From Camelus ferus (Eukaryota), in contig NC_045696.1 in assembly GCF_009834535.1 (NCBI RefSeq), positions 10,976,001-11,040,000 on the forward strand: a DNA stretch of 64,000 bases, read 5' to 3'. The position numbers and the translations under genes were made by a program. Of the stretch, positions 41,695 through 53,544 are shown in pieces. Position 1 is the first letter of the stretch, and each line of letters opens with the position of its first letter. The notes under the pieces are model-generated. The model was not told the DNA's origin. It did no database searches and saw only the letters and a program-made list of their open reading frames with translations.

Positions 41695-42495
41695 GTAAAA
41701 ACAAATGGCGTCTTGGCCATCAGACTGGAATCACCACTAAAGAATGACCTTTTTGAAGATCTGTCATTGAATCTGCTTACTGTATCAAAGGCTCAGTTAT
41801 CTGTTCAAACCCCAGACCCAAAGGGGTTGATTTCGTTGCCTTCTGCAACCCTAAGTAACACGAATCCTTTGAGTTCTGTAAGCTGCATGCCGACAATGCC
41901 TCCAATCCCAACCCGGAGCAAATCCCAGGAAAACATGCGCTGTTCTCCAAACCCATTCGTCACAAGCTCCAGCAGCACAAATCCTTTCACCGACAGGACT
42001 GCCGCTCCCAGAAACCCATTTAGAGCCGAAGCTCAAGAATCAGAGGCAACTCCATGGTTCTCCAAAGAAGAGCCTGTTGCTCCCAGTCCTTTCCCTTCTC
42101 TGAAGCCGCTCGGTCATGACAGCAGCAAGCCTTCATCTTTGCTGGATGGCTTTAAGGACAGTTTTGATCCTCAGGGCCCACCTACAATAAAAATCAGCAA
42201 CCCCAAAGGCTGGGTAACCTTCGAGGAAGAAGAGGACTTTGGGGTGACAGGGAAGCCGAGGTCCACTTGTTGTCCAGACTTACTGGGCAGTCAGCTGGAT
42301 TTGTCTTCCGGCTCCAAGGCGACCTTCGATGATGACTGGAACCAAGGTACCAGTGTCTCTTTCTGTGTGTTGCCGGCAAGAAGACCACCTCCACCTCCTG
42401 TCCCTCTCCTCGCACCTGGCACCACCCCTCCAGGAGGTCCTCTCACCACCTTGGCATCTAAGGCATCACCCACACTAGACTTTACAGAAAGATGA
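41695..42495 (+). CDS. SYNJ1: SYNJ1 last coding exon (170-kDa isoform tail VKTNG...PTLDFTER*)
   Basis: ttccag|GTA acceptor; three NPF motifs, FKDSF (FxDxF), WVTFEEEED (WxxF-acidic); TGA ends 42495. Confidence 0.95.
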   Translation, partial: VKTNGVLAIRLESPLKNDLFEDLSLNLLTVSKAQLSVQTPDPKGLISLPSATLSNTNPLSSVSCMPTMPPIPTRSKSQENMRCSPNPFVTSSSSTNPFTDRTAAPRNPFRAEAQESEATPWFSKEEPVAPSPFPSLKPLGHDSSKPSSLLDGFKDSFDPQGPPTIKISNPKGWVTFEEEEDFGVTGKPRSTCCPDLLGSQLDLSSGSKATFDDDWNQGTSVSFCVLPARRPPPPPVPLLAPGTTPPGGPLTTLASKASPTLDFTER

Positions 42496-44710
42496 TGTTC
42501 TGCGGTAGAAAGCAGCTGTTTTTTAGTTTCGGCAGGGTAGAGCCAAAAGAGTCGGGCATTAGTTTTTCATTATGTGCAATAAGTAATTGTTAAGTGCACT
42601 GATGGTTGTCATGAAATACCACTATTTAATGTGTACAGAGTTGGAATATGTGTATATTGGGAATAAGGAAAAATCTTTCTCGTTATTAACTGGAATTTTG
42701 GTGTGTTTCTGTTGGGATAAATAAGAGAGAGTAGAAGCCATAAAAAGTGCTCAAAGCTACTTTAGAAAATGGTCTTTATTCAGAAATTCTTTGTCAGTCC
42801 CCTTTAAAGAATCTCCAAAAGCCCAACCAAATTCTAGCTGACAGTACTGCCAGCCCGTCGGACTTGCTGACAATTGGTATTTACAAGTATTTTACCAAAG
42901 AGCTGTCAAAGTCATACTGAAACAATTTAGAAAGACATTGCTTTAAAAAAAAAAGTGTGTATACACACACACACACACACACACACTAATATATACACAT
43001 ATATTTGTAAAACTCATTTAAATTCTAAAACATGTCAGACCAAATTTTTACCTGAAAGCTCTAACAGAGTTCTTTTTTCAGTATTTCAATATCAAAAGGA
43101 TGGGTGAAAATGAAATTTGGACATTTCATTAATTTTCTTTCCAAAACGAGAATCATCTCACAACAGAACCAGAATCTGCTACCATTCCACACCCGCCCCT
43201 GTGCCACACATCACACACTCTCATTACTTTCCACTCCAGCACCTCCGCCTGCTGTTCTGTGGGAGGAGGCTCTGCAGCCGGGAACAGCATACTGTGGTCA
43301 CTGTCGTGTGGACAGACACTCTACAGCCTTTTCAAAAATGCACGCTGGCCTTAGATGTCAGGAAGGCACCTGCCACCAAGTTCAGTGAGAACTGTTAGAG
43401 CTAAACGTACGCTGCCCGCGTCCCTCCCACACTTCTGTCCGCTGCTCCCGCTCTGGAAGTCGGTGAGCAGGGCACCCGTCCCCCAGGCAGGTGTGCTGAA
43501 CCGGGGTGTGCTGCGTGTGTGCTCTCTCCCCTCACGAGGCTACACGACCCATCTGTGATGCCGCTTTACGTTTTTAGAGGCTCCACCTCAAATCAGCTGT
43601 GGATTTTGTCTCCTGCACTGCCAATAAGCAACTGATCCTGCTTTGATTAATTTTATGAAGAAGTACACGGAGTTTGTACAGAATGTAGTATTTTGATATC
43701 ATTAAGTAATCCCAATCAGAAATCTCCTTGAGCAATAGTTTGTTGTCAGTTTAAGTTAAAATCACCTCTACCCGTTAAGACTTACATTAACGTTCCTTTT
43801 ATACAAAGAGTTGTATATGTCCACCTAAATCCCATTGTCTACATTTCACCTTCAAAGATGTGCATTGGGGCAACATCAGAAAATAGAGTTCATGGCTAAG
43901 GATAGGTAAAATGTAAAAGCACAGCAAACTGCATTGCACTTAACACGTAAAGCAAATCTGTTAGGAAAAAGCACTTTTCTAAATGCTCCAATGTTATCAG
44001 AATACTATATTTATAAAACTAATCCTCTCTCTATTAACAGCCAGTATTTGCTGTTAGAAATAACTCTTGTGAGTTTTATATTGTGCTTTTTTTGGAGGTC
44101 TTGATCATTTCAGCAGTAGTGTATTTTAAACAGCAGTATTACTATAAGCAGTGTGCTTCAAAATGTGAATTAACTTGTTGAAACTGTGGCTTTAACATCT
44201 ATGTGATTAGTATATATGGTATTTGCTCTTTATTAGCAAAATTATTCATTATGAACTTCACTAGTGCAGACTGCAGTTCTGTGAGCAATGGTTCCTATTG
44301 AATATAAACTACTGTCTAAAGTATACATATCATACCGCAGCTCAGCCTTTATCAGGAAATTCTATTTGGCAAGTTGCTGAAAAAGTGCTCAGTTACGAAA
44401 GTTAAAGGTATGCTGCAAATAACTAGCCATCATTCTGTGTATCCTTAAAATATTTATGAGCTCTGTTAAAAGCAGAGCAGAAATTAGACACTAAGGATCT
44501 CTTTGTGAATTCTTTGTTCTCTATAGTAGATTGCTGTTTATATGTAAGAATTTTATTGCTTATGTGGCATACAATATTTATAACTATGTACTTTATAGAA
44601 GTACAGTATTACAGTCAGTGGTATATAAACATTATGTGTATATATATATATATATATCCTGTGAAATGTGCTCTCATATGAAATAAATATACCTGTCTTT
44701 ACCATATTGA
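42496..44710 (+). other. SYNJ1: SYNJ1 3' UTR with probable polyadenylation signal AATAAA at 44682-44687
   Basis: mostly AT-rich stretch after the stop with no interspersed repeats recognised; AATAAA followed by T-rich sequence; exact end inferred. Confidence 0.7.
42963..42986. repeat. (CA)n microsatellite in SYNJ1 3' UTR
   Basis: acacacacacacacacacacacac. Confidence 0.95.
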
Positions 44711-45229
44711 CTACTTTGCTCAGAAGAGAAGAATTTTTCTCGGCCATTTTCCTTTAACAAGTTTAGTGACATTTGAGGACTAACTCTTATTGTCAAATCA
44801 GGTATTTTACATTCAAGATCTTATTTTCATCCCTTTCACTTCTCTATATAATACTTCGGCTAAAAGTAAGAAGAAAGCTATTCTGCGATACTGATCATCA
44901 TTTAGAAGCCATGCACTTAGTCTGTAAGAGGCCCCCATTCAAAATCCTGTTGGCTTGAAAATAACACATGAAGCATGAATGACGACTTTCTAACCCACCG
45001 CAAAAGAAACACCTGGGGGCCGGAGGGGAAACAGGCACACGAACAGCCAGACACAAGAAGAGACCACCTTAAAAGACCCAAAGTAAGAGGTCCAGTTTGG
45101 TAGTTCCATCAGCATTGCCTTTTTTCAGATTGCTTTCAAGACAAAAACCTTGATTCTCAAATAGTTCAATTGTATTCATTAACCTCTGATGAAGAAGTTA
45201 CAGATACAGAATAATAGGCTTTGTAAAAA

Positions 45230-46190
45230 CTTTTCAAAGATAATTGTAGATTTGTACATGGTTGTTTAAGAAATAATACAGAGAGATCCCATGTACCTGT
45301 TACTTGGTTTCCTTCAGTGGTAACGACTTGCAAAACTAGCACAGTTCCACACCCAGACACTAACATCAATAGAAAACGTTCCATTGCCACAAAGATCCCA
45401 CATGTTACCCTTCTCCCACTTCCCTCCCATCCTGTGCCCCTCTCCTGTGTCCTTAACATCTGGCCGCCACTAATCTGTTCTCCATTTCTGTAATTGTGCC
45501 TCTTCAAGGATGTTATATAAATGGAATCATATGTAACCTTTCGGGATTGTCTTTTTTGACTCAGCATAATTCTTCGGAGATTCATCTAGATTGCGTGTAT
45601 CAGTAGTTTGATCCTACTTACTGCTATGAATCATTCCACGGTATGGATGTACCGCAGTTGGTATAACCATTCACCCACCCATTGAAGGACATCTGGGTTG
45701 TTCCCAGTTTGAGGTTAGTATGAATGAAGCGGCTATGAACATACATCTCAGGTTTTTATGTGAACATAAATTTTCATTTCTCTGGGATAAATCCCCAGGA
45801 GTACAACTGCTGAGTCACAAGGTAGTTGCATGCTTGGATTTTTTGAAAACTGCCAAACTGTGTTCTAGAATGACTACCATTTTACATTCCCATCAGCAGT
45901 TTTTGAGAGAGCCAGTTTTTCTGCATCCTTGCCTGCATTTGCTATTGTTGGTATTTTTTATTTTAGCCATTTTAGTAGTGAATATTTCATTGTGGCTTTA
46001 AATTTGTGTTTCCCTAGTAACTAATGATAGTGAACATATTTTCATGTGCTTGTTTGCCATCTGATATTTTCTTTAGGGAAGTATCTATTTATGTCTTTTG
46101 TCCATTTTCTAAATAGATATTTTTTTTTACTATGGTGTTTTTTGCAGATATTTCTCCCTGTCTTAGCTTATCTCTTAAGCCTCTTCACAT
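45230..46190 (-). mobile_element. Old L1 (L1MC/MD-like) 3' portion
   Basis: aaataatacagagagatccca..., gaaggacatctgggttg..., ttttacattcccatcagcag; ORF 45166..45585 (MNLRRIMLSQKRQS) is L1-derived. Confidence 0.75.
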
Positions 46191-46249
46191 GCTCCACTGG
46201 CCAGATCGTGAGCCCTGCAGGTCCACAACTGCAGCATAAGTGACTGACA

Positions 46250-46745
46250 CAGGAAAACCAAACTCATAAAAAATGGATATACAAATCAAAATGCCAATTT
46301 ATTGATATTAGAAAAATAAGTCTGACCACATCAGGATTTAGCGAACGTGCAAAAAAATGGGAATTCATCTGCTGTTGGTGAGAGGGCAGGCTGGCACATC
46401 AGTTCTAGACAGCAATTTAACAATGTCCAGTAAAGTGCATATATTCTATCACAAGAGATCTGACTTGTAGAGAAACTCTAGGACACGTGGAACGGGACAT
46501 GCATTGTCTGTAATGGTGAAAACTAGAAATAAACTAACCATCAAGAAGGGGATGGTGTGACATATTCATACAGTGGAATACAATTCAGCAGTGAAAGTAA
46601 GTGAAATGTTAGTAAATTTCATTATGAAGCCATAAAGCAAGTTACAAAATAATACAGTATGACACCAGTTGTATAAAATTTAAAACATTCAAAACAATAG
46701 GCTCTACTCTTTAGGGATACATACATGTGTTAATGAGATTAAAAA
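46250..46745 (+). mobile_element. Old L1ME-like fragment
   Basis: ctgttggtgagaggg..., catattcatacagtggaata..., aatacagtatgacacca. Confidence 0.55.
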
Positions 46746-46774
46746 GACGAATTTTTCAATAGAGAAAAAATGTG

Positions 46775-47277
46775 CTCTTTTCCTCCCTGGCTGCCTGGTT
46801 TCTGACAGCCATCATGAGTGGACCATTAATTATCTGGACCAGAGTGTTTGTCATTAATGGATTGCTTCAACAGATGCAAATGATCATAAGATGCCTTTCC
46901 CCCTAGAAAGGCAACAGTACCTAAAATATTTAGAGACAATAAGCCAAAGTACATAAGATCACACAGATGTCATCTTTGTTTTTGGATTCAGAACCCACTT
47001 GGGTGGTGGCAAGACAACGGGCTTTGGCATGATTTATGATCACTTAAACCACACTGAGAAAAACCTACACACAAGTCTGTAAGACAAGGCCTATATGAGA
47101 AGAAAAAGTCCTTAAGAGAACACTGAAGGGAATGCAAAAAAAGAATAAAGTTAAGAGGACTACAAAGGCAAGTGTCAGTGCTGGCACAGATTAAAGTTGG
47201 TGCAAGGGCTTAATCTGTGACAATCTGGCAGACTTTCCATCAGATATGTAGTTAATAAACTACATATTTAAACAAAA
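46775..47277 (+). pseudogene. RPS24: RPS24 (40S ribosomal protein S24) processed pseudogene, degenerate
   Basis: 5' TOP-like CTCTTTTCCTCC at 46775, GCCATCATG (ATG 46814), intronless segment translating [25 protein letters not shown], then GLYEKKK; frameshifts and stops; AATAAA 47254-47259. Confidence 0.9.
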
Positions 47278-48099
47278 CTGGATGCTCAGTACAAACATGG
47301 GTTTCCTAATACTTTTCATTCATTTTATTATTAAAAATTACACCCAGAAACCTTGTAATACATGAGTTTGTGGATAAATGGTTTTCAATACCTAGAAGGC
47401 TATACTGTAAACTGTAAAACAAGTTTTAAGCAGGAGTTGGCCTGATGGATGTGGAATTGGATTCAGGAGAAATAGGGGGATGATCTTATTATTAACCCCA
47501 AAAGTCAGGAGCTAAGAGAACACAGTATGCCCCTTTCTCCCTCTGGGGAAGAGAGACATTTGCCAGTCTGACCAGTACTGCATGTTCCAGGGTCTGGGTG
47601 ATTCCTGCCCTAACAGTACTAGAGATGAAAACACATCTCCTCTCCTTGGGCGCCATCCCCTCTTCCATCCAGTATCAGTCTAACAGTCCTCCTATGAAGC
47701 CGTAGATTGGGCATTTCCAGGCCTACAGTCACACACTTTCTCTACCCTGCCCCAGAACTCCAGGTATACAGTTTTAATGCAGGGAGCCAAAATTTCGGGT
47801 ATACAAAGTAGCAGGTGCTTTTAATATTCGAACCTCGCATTCAGCAATGGCCCGTAGAAGGAAATAACCAGGGGTAGGAGCCTGGCACTATCTCAGCTTT
47901 GCCAGCGCCTTATTATCAAAGGCTCAGTGCAAATGTTATCCATCCCTAAAGACATTCCTTGAGTATCCAATCTAAAAAACCAATTACTGTTTTGTTTCCT
48001 TTATACTTCTATTTGAATTTGCCAGTCTGTTTCTGTTTTCTCTTTGTCATTTTCACTAAATATAAGCTCCATGAAAGCAGTGACTCTGGATCTGCCTCC

Positions 48100-49450
48100 G
48101 TGTCACCGGCGCCTGGAAAAAACAGCGCCGCCGAAGCCCTTCCATTAGCATTTGCTGGGCTGTGACTGGCTGGCTAGTTAAGGGAGGGTCGCTCTGAACG
48201 CAACTGCTTGAGCCACTCTAGATATGCGAATCCGAATCGGCTCGCACGAAGGAGTACGGGCACTTTCCTTGACCCCTGAGTGCTAAAAACCAAAGCAGAG
48301 GTGACAGATACCAGGGCTCAGCGAACCGAGAGAACCTCTCCAAGACTCTCCACACCGGAAACAGCAAGATTCGTTTCCGGAAGTGAAACTGCGGCAGGCG
48401 GAAGTACTGCTAAGACTAGGAGCGGCGGTGGGGAGGCTGCCGCACGGTTCGGCACCTGTGGGTGCCCACCACCCCACTCTTTCCCGACCTAGCAACCTCC
48501 CTCCCACCCACCCATCTCCCTGGGTGGAATCTCAGGCCACGAGCTAGACGACTGGGGGCCTATGATCCCCTCCGACGACTTGGTCTGTTTGATGGTTGCC
48601 CGGACAACAGCCACTTCCGGGACAGGACTCGGCTAATCTGGCCCCGCAGGCCGGCCCGGCGGCTCTCTCGGGCTGTGTGGACCGTTTCTGGGAGTGGAGG
48701 GCCGGGTCTCCGCGCACCGTAGCTTCCCCAGCCTCGGGTTCTGACTTTTAGCGGTGGCCCCTCAGACTGCGTTTCTTTGTTGCTCCTGGCGACAGCCACT
48801 TCCGGGAGCGGGTGCAGTTCCCCCAGCCCCGCCGGCGTCCGAGCCCCGGGTTCCGGCCTCCCTGCAGCGGTTAGTCCGGCCTTCGCTGTTCGCCCGGCGA
48901 GTGACCGGGGGCCGCGCATCCCGGGCCTTCTCGCCGCCTCGGCGGGGCCATGGTTCTGCTGCACGTGAAGCGGGGCGACGAGAGCCAGTTCCTCCTGCAG
49001 GCGCCGGGGAGCACAGAGCTGGAGGAGCTCACGGTGCAGGTGGCCCGGGTCTACAACGCGCGGCTTAAGGTGCAGCGCGTCTGCTCAGGTGCGACCTGGC
49101 GCGGCGAGTTCCCGCGCCGGGGCGGTAGAGCCGAGCCAGGGCGGGATGAGGGCCCGGGCCGTGCGGGGCCCAGGAGGGAAGAAGAGACGGGGCCATCTGA
49201 GACGGAGGAAGTTGGGCGGGACCCAAGGGGCTTTCTCGAGTAGGCTGGGGCCAGGGTCAAGTTTGTGATTTGCAGAGATATGTGGCAGACGGGCTTGAAT
49301 TGGGACAGTGGGGTTCGCCTAGAGATGGTTAAAGAGCCGGCGCACCGGTGGAGAGGCGCCCGGAGCCAGTGGGGCGGCCGCGCCCCAGGGTCCTGGAACC
49401 GGGATTGGGGAGCTGTGAGCAAGCAAACTGAAATAGACCCGGTACAGAGG
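48100..49450. promoter_or_regulatory. CpG island / CFAP298 promoter with ETS (CGGAAGT) and RFX X-box-like motifs
   Basis: high GC and CpG density; CCGGAAGTG 48377, GCGGAAGT 48398, CACTTCCGG 48612 and 48797; spans CFAP298 exon 1. Confidence 0.85.
48950..49088 (+). CDS. CFAP298: CFAP298 exon 1 (MVLLHVKRGDESQFLLQAPGS...VQRVCS)
   Basis: Kozak GCCATGG; G|gtgcga donor; matches recalled C21orf59 N-terminus. Confidence 0.95.
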
Positions 49451-50268
49451 CAAGAGGCACAGGAGGGAGCCGAAAGCCTGGGCCCCAGAGGAGGTGTAGT
49501 GGATTTTAACAAGTGTGAGAGGTGGGACGACCAGTGGGGCCGTTTTTGAAAAGTGAATATCATATTTTGAGACTTTTGAGATAGAGCAGTTTCCGGTGGT
49601 GAACCACCCAGCTTTGGGATGGCCTTCAAGGGTGAGAAACAGGGAGAAAGCCTTGGTGTTCTTGCCTCCCTTGGTGTTCCCTTCTCCAGGAAACAGCCTG
49701 ATACTCATGTTACAGTAGTTTTGTCACCGTCCTCTCAACGCTCTGGAGCAGCGCAGTGCACTGGAACTTTCTACTTAAAACCCATTCACTTCATCTACAG
49801 TTGATTTAGACAGGCTCTGATGTTAAGCCCAGCAAAGACAAGGATGAATGAGGCCAGCCGCCTGCCCTCTTGATACAGTCTGGTGGGGAGAGAGACAATA
49901 GATATCCCATAAATAGCCCGTTAAGTCACAGCATTTGTTCCATAGTATTGTATTATTGCAGGCCACCTGGTGTCTTCATACAGTGCGGTGGGAAGACTTA
50001 GCTCCATGTACCTTTTTCACATCGAAGAAAAAAGAAGGAAGGAAGGGAGAGAGGAAAGAGGGAGAAGGAAGGAAAGAAAGAAAGGCAGTTTTACAAGGTT
50101 AAAACATAGATTCGTTTGGTTGTGAATATATATGGAATAGGAAAAATAAAAAGCATGCATCTGAATAGTGAACATGATAGTAGAAAATCAGTCTTTTCCT
50201 ATGTCAGGCACTTTAGAAGGGCGTGAGCTGCCTTAAATCCACCCCCCACCATGATCTGATTTACATAA

Positions 50269-50730
50269 ATTATTATTTTTTAATTGAAGCATAGTCAGTT
50301 CACAATGTGTCAATGTCTGGTGTACAGCATGTCTCAGTCATACATTTACATACGTATATTTTCATATTCTTTTTCATTATAGGTTACTACAAGATATTAA
50401 ATACAGTTTGCTATACAGAAGAAACTTGTTTATCTATTGTATATATAGTAGTTAGTATCTGCAAATCTCAAACTCCCAATTTATCCCTTCCCACCCACTT
50501 TCCCTCCAGGAACCATAAGTTTGTTTTCTATGTCTGAGAGTCTGTTTCTGATTTGTAAATAAGTTCATTTGTGTCTTCTTTTTTTTTTAGATTCCACATA
50601 AGAGTAATATTATATGGTATTTTCTTTCTCTTTCTGGCTTACTTCACTTAGAATGACAATCTCCAGGTCCATCCATGTTGCTGCAAATGGCATGGTTTTA
50701 TTCTTTTTTATGGCTGAGTAGTAGTCCACA
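50269..50730 (-). mobile_element. L1 3' end (artiodactyl type)
   Basis: ttttaattgaagcatagtcag...tccatgttgctgcaaatggc; TSD gatttacataa at 50258 and 50731. Confidence 0.85.
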
Positions 50731-50744
50731 GATTTACATAAGTT

Positions 50745-51312
50745 TTTTAACATTTTTTTATTGAGTTATAGTCAGTTTACAATGTTGTGTCAATTTCCAG
50801 TGTAGAGCACAATTTTTCAGTTATACATGAACATACATGTATTCATTGTCACATTCTTTTTCTCTGTGAACTACCACAAGATCTTGTATATATTTCCCTG
50901 TGTTATACAGTATAATCTTGTGTATGTATTCTACATATGCCTGTCAGTATCTACAAATTTTGAACTCCCAGTCTGTCCCCTTCCCACCCCCCTCCTCCTT
51001 GGCAACCACAAGTTTCTTTTCTATATCTATGAGTCTGTTTTCTGTTTTGTATTTATGTTTGTTTTTTTTAATTCCACATGAGCGATCTCATGTGGTCTTT
51101 TTCTTTCTCTTTCTGGCGTATTTCACTTAGAATGACATTCTCCAGGGACATCCATGTTGCTGCAAATGGCGTTATGTTGTCATTTTTATGACTGAATAGT
51201 ATTCCATTGTATAAATATACCACATCTTTTTTATCAGTCATCTGTCGATGGACATTTAGGCTGCTTCCATGTCTTGGCTATTGTAAATAGTGCTGCTGTG
51301 AACATTGGGGTG
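50745..51312 (-). mobile_element. Young L1 3' end, same subfamily as the 12.3 kb copy
   Basis: close match to 12340-12810; TSD cataagtt at 50737 and 51313. Confidence 0.85.
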
Positions 51313-51793
51313 CATAAGTTCTTTATGAAGTATTTATATAAAGTTTTACACACAGTAGTGGCAGTATGACCTGAGCAAGCCTCAGGTGATACAGCTGCAA
51401 GTTGGAGAAAAGAGATAAACCTTGTCAGTGCACTTGGAGAAATGTAATGCCCTGTGGGACTAGGTGTGCAGACTGTTAATGAATTTTAATTTGTGCCTCC
51501 TGAGTGCTAGGAAGTACAACATAGCACAGAGATTTGGAGCGCAGAATCTGCAACCTGTGACGGTGGGTGAGATCCTAAACTCTGCTGCTGTCGACCTCTG
51601 CTCACGAATCAGTGAGCATTTGTCAAAGGTCAAGGACAGGTCTAGTACACAGCAAATTGGCATCTAAGTGTTTGTTAAATAAAACAGCCAGCGGGCGAGA
51701 CCCTTGACCACTAGGGAGCTCACATTCTGATGAGGTGTAAGGTGTCACGATGATGATAGTGATGCATATTGTGTAACTTCTCTTGTTTTTAAG

Positions 51794-51961
51794 AAATGGA
51801 AGAATTAGCAGAACATGGCATATTTCTCCCTCCTAATATGCAAGGACTGACTGATGACCAGATTGAAGAACTGAAATTGAAAGATGAATGGGGTGAAAAG
51901 TGTGTCCCCAGTGGGGGTTCAGTATTTAAAAAGGACGATATTGGACGAAGGAATGGTCAAG
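51794..51961 (+). CDS. CFAP298: CFAP298 exon 2 (EMEELAEHGIFLPPNMQGL...GRRNGQ)
   Basis: ttaag|AA, G|gtaatc. Confidence 0.95.
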
Positions 51962-52184
51962 GTAATCCAATAGTTTTCTTCTGTGTGTCTGCCTGAATAT
52001 AGCAACCAGTGTGAAAGCAGTTCTTTAAGTCAAAAAATGGATTTCAATAGTTCTATACAAACTTATGAAATACTGCCCTGTGTAACTCCTCGTGGCAAAA
52101 TGCTAATCCAGTGTGACTTAGGTGGATAAAGGGAGCGTCTGTCTTCTTCCTGTAAGTTGCCCCCTAGCCTTTAAATGTAATACA

Positions 52185-52258
52185 TGAACCATATGAAATG
52201 ACCAGTTTTGTAAGCAACAGATGGTTGAAAATTGGCAGTTTCATATGGTTCAACCTGA
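52185..52258. mobile_element. MADE2-like mariner MITE
   Basis: 14-bp inverted repeat tgaaccatatgaaa ... tttcatatggttca; ~75 bp long. Confidence 0.7.
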
Positions 52259-53159
52259 TAGTTTGGGGGGTAATCATTGACAATGTGTTGAAGGGTAGGC
52301 TTGTTACAGTGTGCAGATCAGGGTTTATTTAGAGATTCTGTGCTGAAGAAAGAAATGAATATCAACCCGGCGGTCTCCACTTGAATTGAGGACCCGCCTC
52401 TCTTTTGTACAGAGCAGCTTAGGACATGTTGGAGCACTGAGGAAATTACTCTGCTTTTAGTACATGGTCACTCATGTGGAACTGGAGGGAAAAAGGGGTG
52501 ATAATCCATTTTGGTGGCCTATCCCTTTTAAGCAGCATAAAGATCTCTGTTTAAAAGACGGTAATTGATCATTTAACAAACACCTAAGTAACTACTGTAC
52601 CCTTAAAACAGTACTGGGAGCAAAAGAAATACATAAGTGTCCCATAAGGCCTTTGTATGCCCAGAAAAAGTTTTTTAGTATTGAAGGTAATAGGAATTTC
52701 TAGTATTTTTTCCTTTTAATTTTAACCTAGAAAATTGTTGGTTGTCTGCCATATCTTTTTATACCTAAACTCATTCTCAAATTGGAGAGATTGCTTTTTG
52801 GAAGGAATTGCATCAATGAAAAAAATAACAGTATCTCATAAGAACAGTTACCAGTTTATTATTAGCCAGTTCCTTATCATCCTTAAACCAAAACTGTCTA
52901 AATTAATCACTTCTATTTTAATACAATGTTATATTTCTCGTATTTTTAATGTCTAAGTATTACCGTTATTTATTAAGAATATAAGGTTTGAGAGATTTTT
53001 ACCTAACTTCTGAGAGCCAGCTTTCCTGTGTCCCTCCCCTGAATCCCATTCTGAACGTTCTCTCAGCTCACTTCCTCCCCAACTCAGACAGAAGGGTTTA
53101 GGATATTTAAGAGTTTTAAAGATGACTCTCTCTCCCCCTCCCTTTTTCTATTTCTATAG

Positions 53160-53227
53160 CTCCAAATGAAAAAATGAAGCAAGTTTTGAAGAAGACTATA
53201 GAAGAAGCCAAAGCGATAATATCTAAG
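53160..53227 (+). CDS. CFAP298: CFAP298 exon 3 (APNEKMKQVLKKTIEEAKAIISK)
   Basis: tatag|CT, AAG|gttagc. Confidence 0.94.
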
Positions 53228-53544
53228 GTTAGCTTTCTAAGTGATGCTCTAAATCTTGTCTTTTGAAATGTCAACTCCAGTTATGGTTTCCAGAGTTATC
53301 TGCCAACCAGCCTTTTCCTTTCTTTTCTTTCTATTCTTTTCTTTTCTTCTTTTCAAGCTTTCCAGAGGCAAGGGAAACAAGCATGTTTGGGGTGAGCCCT
53401 AGCTTTTTCTTTTCGTAATTATGACAGTTGTCCTCAATCCTCCCAATTTCTGCAGGTCAGGCAAAAAAAAAAAAAAATGTTACTGGCTTGTGTAAATGAG
53501 GTACAAATATGAATTGATGCATATGTGAGTTTATTTCCTTAACT

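Noticed and set aside
48280..49708. Many overlapping ORFs on both strands, up to 192 aa
   Set aside because: Stop-codon scarcity in a CpG island; only the 48950 frame matches a known protein.
52185..52258. Possible pre-miRNA hairpin
   Set aside because: The inverted ends are explained by a MADE2-like MITE.
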